Positions 1 to 8,121 of a stretch of 64,000 nucleotides of DNA are shown in pieces. How positions within the stretch are numbered: position 1 is the stretch's first letter; every line of letters starts with the position of its first letter. The notes below the pieces were generated by a model. The model searched no databases. It was given only the letters and a program-made list of their open reading frames with translations, and was not told the origin of the DNA. Both the position numbers and the translations under genes were made by a program. Source of the stretch: Rhodospirillales bacterium (lineage in GTDB: Bacteria > Pseudomonadota > Alphaproteobacteria > CACIAM-22H2); the NCBI GenBank assembly GCA_016794025.1, contig JAEUKX010000094.1:2052-66051 (forward strand), read 5' to 3'.

Positions 1-119
1 ACCGCCACCGGCAAACTCCCTTTTCCAGCCGCGACTTGACCTCGCACGCAGCCGGGCCGAGCATAGTCCGCAAGCGGCAGGAATCAAGCGCCGCGACCCG
101 ACCGCGAGCCCGGAGGCGA

Positions 120-335
120 ATGCGCGAGATCCTGCGGACAAACGATGCCGTACTCCTGTCGTTCGTGGAGGCGCTGCTCGCGGACGCGCGCATCCCCTTC
201 GACGTGCTCGACCGCCATTCGGCATCGGTCGACGGTTCCATCCTGGCCGTGGCGCGGCGCATCGTCGTCGACGATGCCGACGCGCCGGCCGCACTCGAGC
301 TTGTCGAAGGCGCGCGCGCGCCGGACGCGCAATGA
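120..335 (+). CDS. DUF2007-like small protein (putative signal-transduction fold)
   Basis: Track ORF 36..335 starts at TTG; in-frame ATG at 120 sits behind GGAGG (112-116). MREILRTNDAVLLSFVEALLADARIPF... fits my recollection of the DUF2007 N-terminus. Stop overlaps the next start (ATGA 332-335). Confidence 0.6.
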   Translation: MREILRTNDAVLLSFVEALLADARIPFDVLDRHSASVDGSILAVARRIVVDDADAPAALELVEGARAPDAQ

Positions 336-1060
336 GCACGGCCACCGCGGAAGGCACGCTGCTGGGCGGGCGCGTGCGCTTCACGCAGCGCGAAAGCGGC
401 TACCGCTCCGCGATCGACCCGATCCTTCTTGCCGCCGCCTGCCCGGAAGGCGCGCGCACGGCGCTCGATCTGGGCTGCGGGGCGGGCGCCGCAAGCCTCG
501 CGCTGATGGCGCGCCTGCCCGAAATCCGCGTGACGGGCGTCGAGATCGACGAGGGCCTGGCCGAACTCGCGGCGGCAAATGCGGCCGCGAACGGCTGGCA
601 GGCGCGCTTCACGGCCCACGCGGGCGATGCCGCCGCCTATGCGGGCCGCGACCACGATCTTGTCTTGTGCAATCCCCCCTATCTCGACGCCGCGCGCGCC
701 GACCCTTCGCCCGATCCCGCCCGCGCGCGTGCCGATGTCGAGGGCGAACTGCCGCTTGCCGGCTGGATCGACGCGGCTCTGACGGCGCTGGCACCGCGCG
801 GCACGCTCGTGTTCGTGCAGCGCGCGGACCGGCTTGCCGACCTGCTCGCCGGTCTCGACGCGCGCGCCGGCGCGATCGTCGTCTTCCCGCTGTGGCCGCG
901 TGCGGGCGAACCGGCAAGGCGCATCCTCGTGCGCGCGCGCAAGGGCGTGCGCACGCCGCTGGCGATCGCGGCCGGACTCGTCCTGCACGAGACGGGCGGC
1001 GGCTACACGCGCGCGGCCGAGGCAATTCTTCGCGACGGCGCGCCGCTGGGACTGATATAG
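332..1060 (+). CDS. SAM-dependent N6-adenine-type methyltransferase (TrmN6/YfiC-like)
   Basis: SAM-binding motif LDLGCGAGAASL and NPPY motif (LCNPPYLD); strong GC3 bias; translationally coupled to the upstream gene. Confidence 0.85.
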   Translation: MSTATAEGTLLGGRVRFTQRESGYRSAIDPILLAAACPEGARTALDLGCGAGAASLALMARLPEIRVTGVEIDEGLAELAAANAAANGWQARFTAHAGDAAAYAGRDHDLVLCNPPYLDAARADPSPDPARARADVEGELPLAGWIDAALTALAPRGTLVFVQRADRLADLLAGLDARAGAIVVFPLWPRAGEPARRILVRARKGVRTPLAIAAGLVLHETGGGYTRAAEAILRDGAPLGLI

Positions 1061-1070
1061 GAAACGTCGG

Positions 1071-1319
1071 ATGGGATTCTCGTTCGCAAAGCTGCTGCTG
1101 CTCCTGATCGTCGTCGGCGCCGTGTGGTTCGGCTGGCGCTGGCTGCGAATCCGCGAGATGGAGCAGAAGATCGCGATGGAGCGCATGCGCCAGGGCGGCA
1201 GCGCCAAGGCAGCACTCAAGGCCGAGGCGGAGACGATGGCGCCCTGCCGCGTGTGCAAGGCCTTCATCAGCCCCGGCAGCGCGCCCTGCGAGCGGCCCGA
1301 TTGCCCGCAGCGCCGCTGA
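1071..1319 (+). CDS. small membrane-anchored protein with C-terminal Cys4 cluster
   Basis: N-terminal hydrophobic helix FAKLLLLLIVVGAVWFGWRW, C-terminal CRVC...C....C (zinc-ribbon-like). Coding-type codon bias. Confidence 0.6.
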   Translation: MGFSFAKLLLLLIVVGAVWFGWRWLRIREMEQKIAMERMRQGGSAKAALKAEAETMAPCRVCKAFISPGSAPCERPDCPQRR

Positions 1320-1340
1320 ACGCGGCCGCAAATCATCGGG

Positions 1341-1382
1341 CGACAATAGGCGACAACAGGTGACGAAACAGGCGACAACAGG
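1341..1382. repeat. four tandem 10-12 nt units CGACAAYAGG / TGACGAAACAGG
   Basis: Read directly: cgacaatagg cgacaacagg tgacgaaacagg cgacaacagg, starting 22 nt after the stop at 1319, at the edge of an AT-rich convergent spacer. Confidence 0.8.
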
Positions 1383-1558
1383 TTACCGGAATTTTTGTAT
1401 CTATTTGTTTTAAATGTGAAAATCCGGATAACTGGCGACGTCTCCCCGGTTTTTCCAATCGATTTTGTAGTTCCAACCTGCAAGAAAAAAACTCCTTTCA
1501 TCAGATAAATATCCTAGCCGGTCATCCGGGAAAATACAACCCTTAATAATTGCGGCTC

Positions 1559-3007
1559 TCAGACGGGCGTCGGATTGGCGGGGTCGCGCGGCAACGGCAG
1601 CGTCAGGGTGGCGAGAACGCCGCCGTCGGGGCGGTTGGCGAGCTTCACGTCCCCGCCATGCGCGCGCGCCAGCGTGCGCGCGATGGCAAGGCCCAAGCCG
1701 GTGCCGCCGGTCTCGCGGCTGCGGCTGGTCTCGATGCGGTGAAACGGCCGGAACACCGATTCCAGCTGGGCCGCCGGAATGCCGGGCCCGCGGTCGGCAA
1801 CGGATACGACCGCTTCGCCGCCCTGCACGGCGAGCGAGACCTCGGCGCTGCCCGCGTATTTGAGCGCGTTGTCGACGAGGTTCTCGACGATCCGGCGCAC
1901 CGCCGCCCCGCTGGCGGCAAGCACGACACGTTCGCTCCCGGCCATGCGCACGTCCTGGAGCGCATCGATGCGCCCGTCCACGATCGTGTCGAGAAGGCTT
2001 GCCAGGTCGATGCGGTCGCGCCGTGCCGCGCCCGATTCCACGCGCGCAAAGTCGAGCGTCTCGACCACGATCGCCTCGAGCGCGTCGAGATCGCGCTTGA
2101 GGGCATCGCGCAGCGCTTCATCGCCCACGCGCTCCACGCGCATGCGCATGCGCGTGAGCGGCGTGCGCAGGTCGTGGCTGATGGCCGCCAGCATGGTCGT
2201 GCGGTCATGGACGAAGCGCAGCACGCGCTCGCGCATTGCCGCGAAGGCGCCCGCAATCGCCTCGATCTCGCGCGCCCCGCCAACGTCGAGCGGCACGGCC
2301 TCCCCGCCCCGACCGAAGCTCTCCGCCGCCTGCGCGATCGTGGCGAGCGGCGCGGACAGGCGGCGCACGGCCCAAAGCGCCGCGATCACCGCCGCTGCGA
2401 GGAAAAGAACGAGCCACGTCACCGCCAGCTTCAGCTCCGGCCCCAGACGGTCGGGATGGTGCGGCTGGATGCGAAGCCACGCGCCGTCGGCAAGTTCGAA
2501 GTCGGCCACGAAGAACCGCACCGGGCGAAGCCCGTCGGCGTCGGCACGCCCCGGCACAGGGCCGGGCACGACGGGTACCGGCGGCGGCGGTCCGAAGGGC
2601 GCCGCACCTGGCGGCGGCGGATCGAGCGAGAGATGCAGCGTGCGGATGCCTGATCCGGCAGCCGCCCGCAATTCAGCCTCCAGACGCCGTGCGCGCGCCT
2701 CGGCGCGCCCGCCAGCCACGGATGGCGGTACGCCGGGCATCAGTGCGAACTCGAACCAGCGTGCTTCCGCCTGACCGTCGAGCCAGGCGCGCCGCTCCGC
2801 CGCGGGCTCAGCGCCTGCGCCGACGGCAAGGGCCGCAAGGCGTTGCGACAGCCAGTCGGGATCGAAGATCGGCGGCGGCGGCGGCCGCGTCAGCACGAGG
2901 ATGGCGACCGAACAGGCCTGCACCACGGCCAGCAGCGCCACCGTCGCCAGCGCGATCTGGGTGCCGAGCGAGCGCGGCAGCAGGCGGCGGAACGCGCCGC
3001 CGGTCAC
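1559..3007 (-). CDS. sensor histidine kinase (EnvZ/PhoR-like architecture)
   Basis: H-box AAISHDLRTPLTRM, N-box ENLVDNALKY, G-boxes DRGPGI and GGTGLGLAIA; two TM helices flank a Pro-rich loop. GTG start at 3007 overlaps the regulator stop (GTGA). The longer track ORF 1559..3778 is an upstream read-through of this frame. Confidence 0.9.
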   Translation of the reverse strand: MTGGAFRRLLPRSLGTQIALATVALLAVVQACSVAILVLTRPPPPPIFDPDWLSQRLAALAVGAGAEPAAERRAWLDGQAEARWFEFALMPGVPPSVAGGRAEARARRLEAELRAAAGSGIRTLHLSLDPPPPGAAPFGPPPPVPVVPGPVPGRADADGLRPVRFFVADFELADGAWLRIQPHHPDRLGPELKLAVTWLVLFLAAAVIAALWAVRRLSAPLATIAQAAESFGRGGEAVPLDVGGAREIEAIAGAFAAMRERVLRFVHDRTTMLAAISHDLRTPLTRMRMRVERVGDEALRDALKRDLDALEAIVVETLDFARVESGAARRDRIDLASLLDTIVDGRIDALQDVRMAGSERVVLAASGAAVRRIVENLVDNALKYAGSAEVSLAVQGGEAVVSVADRGPGIPAAQLESVFRPFHRIETSRSRETGGTGLGLAIARTLARAHGGDVKLANRPDGGVLATLTLPLPRDPANPTPV

Positions 3008-3750
3008 GGGCTCGCGTACTCCGGCGCTACGGGAACGGCAAAGACGTAGCCGCTGTTGCGCACCGTGCGGATGATCCGCGGGTCTTCCGGCGCGGACTCG
3101 ATCTTCTTGCGCAGGCGGCTGATCGAGACGTCGATCGACCGGTCGAAGGGCGAACTCGTCCGGCCGCGAACGAGATCGAGAAGCTGGTCGCGCGACACGA
3201 CGCTTGGGGCGCGTTCGGCCAGCACAACGAGCATGTCGAACTCCGTCCCCGTCAGGCTGACGAGCGCGCCATCCGGGGCGCGCAGCTCTCGGCGCGCCAT
3301 CTCGATCACCCAGCCATCGAACGTCATGCGCGACAGGCGCGCGCGCGCGGGCGCCGGCGTCTCGCCCGCCTCGCGCGAGCGCCGGAGCAGCGCACGGACG
3401 CGCGCGACCAGTTCGCGCGGACCGAACGGCTTCGCCACGTAGTCGTCGGCCCCCAATTCGAGCCCCACCACGCGGTCCGTCTCCTCGCCGCGCGCGGTCA
3501 GCATGATGATCGGCAGGTTCGACTCCCGCCGGATGCGCCGGCAAAGCTCGAGCCCGTCCTCGCCCGGCAGCATCACGTCGAGGATCGCAATGTCGAATTT
3601 CGCCGCGGCGAAGGCGCGCGCCATCGCGGCCCCGTCGGCCACCGCCGTCACGCGGAACCCGCGTTCGTCGAAAAGCTCCATCATCAGACGGCGGATGTCG
3701 CGGTCGTCGTCGACGATGAGGATGTGCGGTCTGTCTTCCATGGCGCGCAT
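3004..3750 (-). CDS. OmpR/PhoB-family response regulator
   Basis: Receiver domain (ILIVDDD..., ILDVMLPGEDG, KPF) plus winged-helix C-terminus (RTVRNSGYVF). Alternative ATG at 3741. Confidence 0.95.
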   Translation of the reverse strand: MRAMEDRPHILIVDDDRDIRRLMMELFDERGFRVTAVADGAAMARAFAAAKFDIAILDVMLPGEDGLELCRRIRRESNLPIIMLTARGEETDRVVGLELGADDYVAKPFGPRELVARVRALLRRSREAGETPAPARARLSRMTFDGWVIEMARRELRAPDGALVSLTGTEFDMLVVLAERAPSVVSRDQLLDLVRGRTSSPFDRSIDVSISRLRKKIESAPEDPRIIRTVRNSGYVFAVPVAPEYASP

Positions 3751-3787
3751 GTTCGGCCCCGTGCGGGCGCCCTGTCATCGGACGGCG

Positions 3788-3804
3788 CGTAACGAAACGT
3801 AACG
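3788..3804 (-). promoter_or_regulatory. tandem direct repeat CGTTACG-TTT-CGTTACG (candidate response-regulator box)
   Basis: Plus strand reads cgtaacg aaa cgtaacg; 38 nt upstream of regulator ATG 3750. Same 7-3-7 architecture recurs at 4535-4551 and 4606-4622. Confidence 0.5.
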
Positions 3805-3810
3805 CAGACA

Positions 3811-3839
3811 GGCCGCCGCCGGGAAGGACGGCGGCGGCC
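3811..3839 (-). terminator. GC-rich stem-loop downstream of the EF-hand gene
   Basis: Perfect 10-bp stem ggccgccgcc / ggcggcggcc with 9-nt loop, 20 nt after the stop at 3859. The trailing sequence on the minus strand is only weakly T-rich. Confidence 0.45.
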
Positions 3840-3858
3840 CGCGCGTCGGGCGGATGCC

Positions 3859-4455
3859 TCAGGCCGTGAAGGCCGAAAGCATCTGCTGCAGGAGAACGCC
3901 GGCCGCGTCCTGCTGCCGGTCACCCGAGGCACCGCCCCACGCCGCGACCTGGCCGTAGGCCTGCGCGCCGGACGAGGGCGGCGGCGGTGGCGGCCCGAAG
4001 CCGAAGCCGTCCCCGCCGACATCCTGGCCCGCGAGCAGCGTGCCGGTCATCTGCGAGGAGAGCTTCTGGCCGAAGGCCTCGAACTCCGCCTTCGACACGC
4101 TGCCGTCCCCGTCGCCGTCGATCTGCGCGAACAGGTCGGTCAGCGAGGTCGACGAGCCAGAAGAGGAAGCCGCGGAATCCTGCGCGCCTTCGGCACGCCG
4201 GTGGTGGTGTGCGCGGCGCATGCCCTTTGCAAGCTCGGCCTCGCTCACGCTGCCGTCGCCGTCCTTGTCGAGCCTGGCGAACAGCTCGTCCGCCTTCGAG
4301 GCGTCGAGGCCCTTGGCCTTGAGGCCGGTCTCGAATTCCGACTTGTCGATCCCGCCGCTCCCGTCGGCGTCGATCTTCTGGAACAGCTGCTGGCGCCATT
4401 GCGAGAGGGCGGAGGCGGAACTCCCGCCCGCCGAACCGGTCAGACTGACACTCAT
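3859..4455 (-). CDS. EF-hand calcium-binding protein (three EF loops)
   Basis: Canonical 12-residue loops DADGSGGIDKSE, DKDGDGSVSEAE, DGDGDGSVSKAE. AAGGAG Shine-Dalgarno 8 nt upstream of ATG 4455. No obvious signal peptide. Confidence 0.85.
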   Translation of the reverse strand: MSVSLTGSAGGSSASALSQWRQQLFQKIDADGSGGIDKSEFETGLKAKGLDASKADELFARLDKDGDGSVSEAELAKGMRRAHHHRRAEGAQDSAASSSGSSTSLTDLFAQIDGDGDGSVSKAEFEAFGQKLSSQMTGTLLAGQDVGGDGFGFGPPPPPPSSGAQAYGQVAAWGGASGDRQQDAAGVLLQQMLSAFTA

Positions 4456-4534
4456 CTATCGTCTCCTTTGAAAATCGCGTTTCTTTCGATCGCGGGGAAA
4501 TTCCCGCACCCTTCGCAAGGCACGCGCAGTGCCA

Positions 4535-4551
4535 CGTATCGGCACGTAACG
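4535..4551 (-). promoter_or_regulatory. tandem repeat CGTTACG-TGC-CGATACG upstream of the EF-hand gene
   Basis: Plus strand cgtatcg gca cgtaacg; 80 nt upstream of ATG 4455; 10-bp phasing. Confidence 0.45.
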
Positions 4552-4605
4552 GTCCGCACGGCGCCAACGGGTTAGCCGTGAAGGCGCGCGGACTTCGAAA
4601 CGGAC

Positions 4606-4622
4606 CGTTACGTTCCGTTACG
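4606..4622 (+). promoter_or_regulatory. tandem repeat CGTTACG-TTC-CGTTACG upstream of the DUF1217 gene
   Basis: Read directly. Lies 115 nt upstream of ATG 4737 and 157 nt upstream of ATG 4779. It forms a 12-bp inverted repeat (4601-4612) with 4545-4556. Confidence 0.45.
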
Positions 4623-4778
4623 TTTCCGGCAGAAGATTCCCGCGCGACCCGGCAGCAAGTGCCGCGGTAACCGCGGGGCGGCGGATACAATTTGTTTCAT
4701 TCCGGGAACGGCGCCGCAGGCCGCGCACATGCGATCATGACAACACTCGAAATTTCTCCGCCCGCGAGACTTCCGCAG

Positions 4779-5585
4779 ATGACGTCTGCCATCGGTTCTG
4801 CCAACGCGCTCACGACCTGGTACTCGCTGGCGAAGACGAGCGAGGACACGCGCGTTGCGGCGTTCGTGAAGAACAACAGGCAGGTGGCCGCGGCGACAAC
4901 GCAGTTCGAATCGGCGGCCGGCCGGCTCAAATCCACGGACGAATTGTTCTCGCCGCAGAACTACAGGCTGCTGAAATACGTGCTGACGGCCTACGGACTT
5001 GAGTCCGAGATCTCGAACGTCGGCAAGCTGAAGCAGGTCGTCAATTCCGACCTGACCGACACGAACTCGCTCGCCAACCGGATGAGCGATCCGCGCTTCC
5101 TCAAGCTCGCTCAGACCCTCAACTTCAAGGGCGGGGGGCTTGCCAACATCCAGAACGCGTCGATCCAGGCCGGCATCACGGCCCGCTACAACCAGGCCGC
5201 CTACGAGATCGATCTCGGCGACCGGAACCCTGCCGTCCGGCAGGCGCAGTATTTCAAGAACAACATCGGCGCCATCGGCGACATCTACGACGTGCTGGGC
5301 GACAACACGCTGCGCGCCGTGGTGTCGACCACCGGCAACATCCCGCTCGAGGTCGCCGTGCAGGATCTCGGCACGCAGGCGCAGGTCTTCTCGCGGCAGT
5401 TCGACGTGTCGAAGGCCAAGGACGCGACCTACGTGAACCGCTTCATCCAGCGCTTTCTCGCCAATGCCGACCTGAAGGCGAACGATTCCGGGGCCGCCGA
5501 TCCGACGGTGCAGCTGCTCCAGGCGGCCGCATCGGGTACCGGCTTCGATCTTTCCGCGGTCTCGAACATCAACCTCCTCATCTGA
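4779..5585 (+). CDS. DUF1217 domain protein (flagellum-associated family in alphaproteobacteria)
   Basis: LLKYVLTAYGLE and RFLKLAQTLNF resemble the repeated DUF1217 signature. Start uncertain (TTG 4692, ATG 4737, ATG 4779); I chose MTSAIGS... by analogy with family N-termini. Confidence 0.7.
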   Translation: MTSAIGSANALTTWYSLAKTSEDTRVAAFVKNNRQVAAATTQFESAAGRLKSTDELFSPQNYRLLKYVLTAYGLESEISNVGKLKQVVNSDLTDTNSLANRMSDPRFLKLAQTLNFKGGGLANIQNASIQAGITARYNQAAYEIDLGDRNPAVRQAQYFKNNIGAIGDIYDVLGDNTLRAVVSTTGNIPLEVAVQDLGTQAQVFSRQFDVSKAKDATYVNRFIQRFLANADLKANDSGAADPTVQLLQAAASGTGFDLSAVSNINLLI

Positions 5586-5638
5586 AGGCGACGGATTCCG
5601 GGGCGGGCGGGCTATCATCGCTCCCGAAGGAGCCGCCG

Positions 5639-6025
5639 ATGCCCCGCCTTGTCGCCAGTGCCCCCGTCCTTCTCGTGCGCAGCTTTCCGGCCGCACTGGC
5701 CTACTGGCGCGACGCGGCCGGGTTCGCGAATGTCCGCGCATGGGGCGAGCCGCCGGGCTTCGCGATCCTCGAGCGCGACGGTCTCCACCTGATGCTGAAG
5801 GCCGTTCCGGAGGGAACGGATGTCGTGCCGCACGGCCGCCTGCAGCCGGGCATGTGGGATGCCTATTTCTGGATCGACGATGCCGACGCGCTCCACGCCG
5901 ATCTGGCCGCGCGCGGCGCCATGATCGCCTATCCCCCGTGCGACCAGTTCTACGGCTGCCGCGAATTCGCGCTCCTCGATCCCGACGGGCACGAAGTCGG
6001 CTTCGGGCAGGCCGTCGGCCGCTAG
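5639..6025 (+). CDS. VOC (glyoxalase/bleomycin-resistance fold) family protein
   Basis: 128 aa; ...FYGCREFALLDPDGHEVGF C-terminal pattern typical of VOC proteins; GAAGGAG upstream of the ATG. Confidence 0.75.
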   Translation: MPRLVASAPVLLVRSFPAALAYWRDAAGFANVRAWGEPPGFAILERDGLHLMLKAVPEGTDVVPHGRLQPGMWDAYFWIDDADALHADLAARGAMIAYPPCDQFYGCREFALLDPDGHEVGFGQAVGR

Positions 6026-6927
6026 GCCTTGGCCGCCGCCGGCCGCGTGGCGACGTAGAGGCCCGCGAACAGCAGCGCCAGAGAGACCGCGTGGAAGACA
6101 TGCGGCCGCTCGCCCAGCCATGCAATCGACATCAGGCTCGCGAAGACGGGGATGAGGTTGAGGAAGAGGCCCGCGGTCGCGGCCCCCAGCAACTGGACGG
6201 CGCGGTTATAGAAGAAGAACGAGGCGATCGACGGCAGCGTGCCGACATAGGCGAGCGCGAGCAGGATGCGGGGGCTCGCCTCGAAGCCGCGGCCCTCGAC
6301 CGCGACTTCCCAGCCGTAGAACGGCAGCAGCGCCAGCGTGCCGATGACGACCTGAACGTAGAGGAGTCCGATGGGCGACAGTTCGGCCGGACGGCGGCGC
6401 AGCAGCAGGCTGAAGACCGCCCAGCAGAAGCAGGCGAGCACGATGAGGAGGTCGCCGCGGTTGAATTCGAGCGCCATGAGAGCCGCGGGATCGCCGTGCG
6501 AAATGAGCGTCATCACGCCGACGAAGGAAAGGAACATGCCGGCGATCTGCAGGCCGCGCAGCTTCTCGCCCAGCACGAGGCGGGCAAGCGCCATGATCAT
6601 CACCGGGGCGGAGGAATAGATCACGGTCGTGTTGATCGCCGTCGTGTGGACGAGTCCGAAATAGACGATGGTGTTGTAGGCCCCGATCCCGACGATCCCC
6701 TGCGCGACGAGCCATTTCCAGTCGCGCCGGACCGCCGGCCAGGCCCGGCGCACGTCGCCCAGCCCCAGCGGCGTGAGGATCGCCAGCGCGATCGCCCATC
6801 GCCAGAACGAGATGGCGATCGGCGATATGTCGTGGATCGTCGCACGGCCGACGACGGCATTGCCGCCCCAGAACGCGGTGCCGAACACGAGCAGCAGGAC
6901 GGGCATCGAATAGAAGCGGGCGAACAT
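6022..6927 (-). CDS. EamA/DMT-family transporter
   Basis: 301 aa from MFARFYSMPVLLLVFG...; about ten hydrophobic segments in two EamA-like halves. The rest of track ORF 6022..8133 is upstream read-through. Confidence 0.9.
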   Translation of the reverse strand: MFARFYSMPVLLLVFGTAFWGGNAVVGRATIHDISPIAISFWRWAIALAILTPLGLGDVRRAWPAVRRDWKWLVAQGIVGIGAYNTIVYFGLVHTTAINTTVIYSSAPVMIMALARLVLGEKLRGLQIAGMFLSFVGVMTLISHGDPAALMALEFNRGDLLIVLACFCWAVFSLLLRRRPAELSPIGLLYVQVVIGTLALLPFYGWEVAVEGRGFEASPRILLALAYVGTLPSIASFFFYNRAVQLLGAATAGLFLNLIPVFASLMSIAWLGERPHVFHAVSLALLFAGLYVATRPAAAKA

Positions 6928-7116
6928 GGTGATATCCCTGAAGACGGCGGGATATGCCCCGATTTGGCGAGGTCGTCTACGCCCTACGAAAGTATTCAGG
7001 CGCGGGGTCGGGGAACCGGGCGGACCTTGTCGGTCGACCCTGCCGGGCGCATGCTTGCCCCGAGGAGGCCCGCCCAACGGGCCCCGGTTTCCACCGCCAG
7101 CGCCGGAGGCACTTCC

Positions 7117-8121
7117 ATGTATCGCCGCGAATTCCTTGCCCGCGTCACGGCCGGCTCGGCCGCGCTCCTCTGCGGTTTCGGCAAGCCGGCCGCAGCGAAC
7201 GTCCCGGCCGGCTACAAGGTCACCTATTTCGATGTGCGCCCGCCGGGCGGCAAGGCAGGCTCGCGCGACGTGACGGCTGCGGGCGACGGCACCTTCTGGT
7301 TCTGCGGCCAGCGCAACGGCACGCTGGGCCGGCTCGATCCGGCGACCGGCCGGGTGCGCGTGGTGGAACTCGGCAGCGGTTCGGCGCCGCATGGCGTCGT
7401 GCGCGGGCCCGACGGCGCGGCCTGGGTGACGGATGGCGGGCTCAACGCCATCGTGCGTGTCGATCCGGTCTCGCACGCGCTCAAGGCGTGGAAGCTGCCC
7501 GAGCGCGTGCGCTACGCGAACCTCAACACCGCCGTGTTCGATCCGGCCGGCCGGCTGTGGTTCACCGGGCAGAGCGGCATCTATGGCCGCTTCGCGCCCG
7601 CGAGCGAGAAGATGGACGTGTGGGATGCGCCGCGCGGCGCCGGCCCCTACGGCATCACCCGCACGCCGCAGGGCACCATCTGGTACGTGTCGCTGGCGGG
7701 CAACCATCTTGCGCAGATCGAGGATCTCGACAGCGGGCGCGTGCGCGTCGTCGAGCCGCCGACCGCCGGCCAGGGCGCGCGGCGCGTCTGGAGCGACCGG
7801 GCCGGCCGGCTGTGGATCAGCGAATGGAACAGCGGCAACGTCTCCATGCACGATCCGCGCGATGCGACGTGGAAGGTCTGGCGCCTGCCGGGTGAGCGGC
7901 CGCGCGCCTATTCGGTGTGGGTCGACCCGTCCGACAAGGTGTGGCTCACCGATTTCGCGACCAACGCGATCGTGCGCTTCGATCCGGGCACGGAGAAGTT
8001 CACGGCCTTCCCTTCCGACAGGTTCGGCGCCAACGTGCGCCAGATGGACGGCATCGACGGGCAGGCCTGGGGCGGCGAAAGCGGCAACGACCGGCTGGTG
8101 CGCATCGAGTACGGGGTATGA
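7117..8121 (+). CDS. periplasmic beta-propeller protein (Vgb/streptogramin-lyase-like repeats), TAT-type signal
   Basis: MYRREFLARVTAGSAALL N-terminus. Repeated blades of the type G..WFT / WVTD / IWYV / LWIS / VWLTD. GGAGG upstream of ATG 7117. Confidence 0.8.
   Translation: MYRREFLARVTAGSAALLCGFGKPAAANVPAGYKVTYFDVRPPGGKAGSRDVTAAGDGTFWFCGQRNGTLGRLDPATGRVRVVELGSGSAPHGVVRGPDGAAWVTDGGLNAIVRVDPVSHALKAWKLPERVRYANLNTAVFDPAGRLWFTGQSGIYGRFAPASEKMDVWDAPRGAGPYGITRTPQGTIWYVSLAGNHLAQIEDLDSGRVRVVEPPTAGQGARRVWSDRAGRLWISEWNSGNVSMHDPRDATWKVWRLPGERPRAYSVWVDPSDKVWLTDFATNAIVRFDPGTEKFTAFPSDRFGANVRQMDGIDGQAWGGESGNDRLVRIEYGV

Noticed and set aside
1341-1382. Possible CRISPR-like or minisatellite array
   Set aside because: The units are 10-12 nt, directly abutting with no spacers, and there are only four copies. 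No cas genes. Not a CRISPR array.
1320-1505. Open minus-strand frame entering the AT-rich spacer, with ATG about 1503, AAGGAG and an in-frame TTG about 9 nt later
   Set aside because: The frame stays open only because it continues into the stop-free antisense frame of the upstream genes, as far left as I followed it (to about position 240). It would fully overlap the convergent 82-aa gene and the methyltransferase. No protein-like features. Kept only as a reason to check the spacer by RNA-seq or Ribo-seq.
7117-8121. Streptogramin B lyase (antibiotic resistance) annotation
   Set aside because: Only repeat-level resemblance. The TAT leader and the coupled cytochrome c argue against a cytoplasmic lyase.
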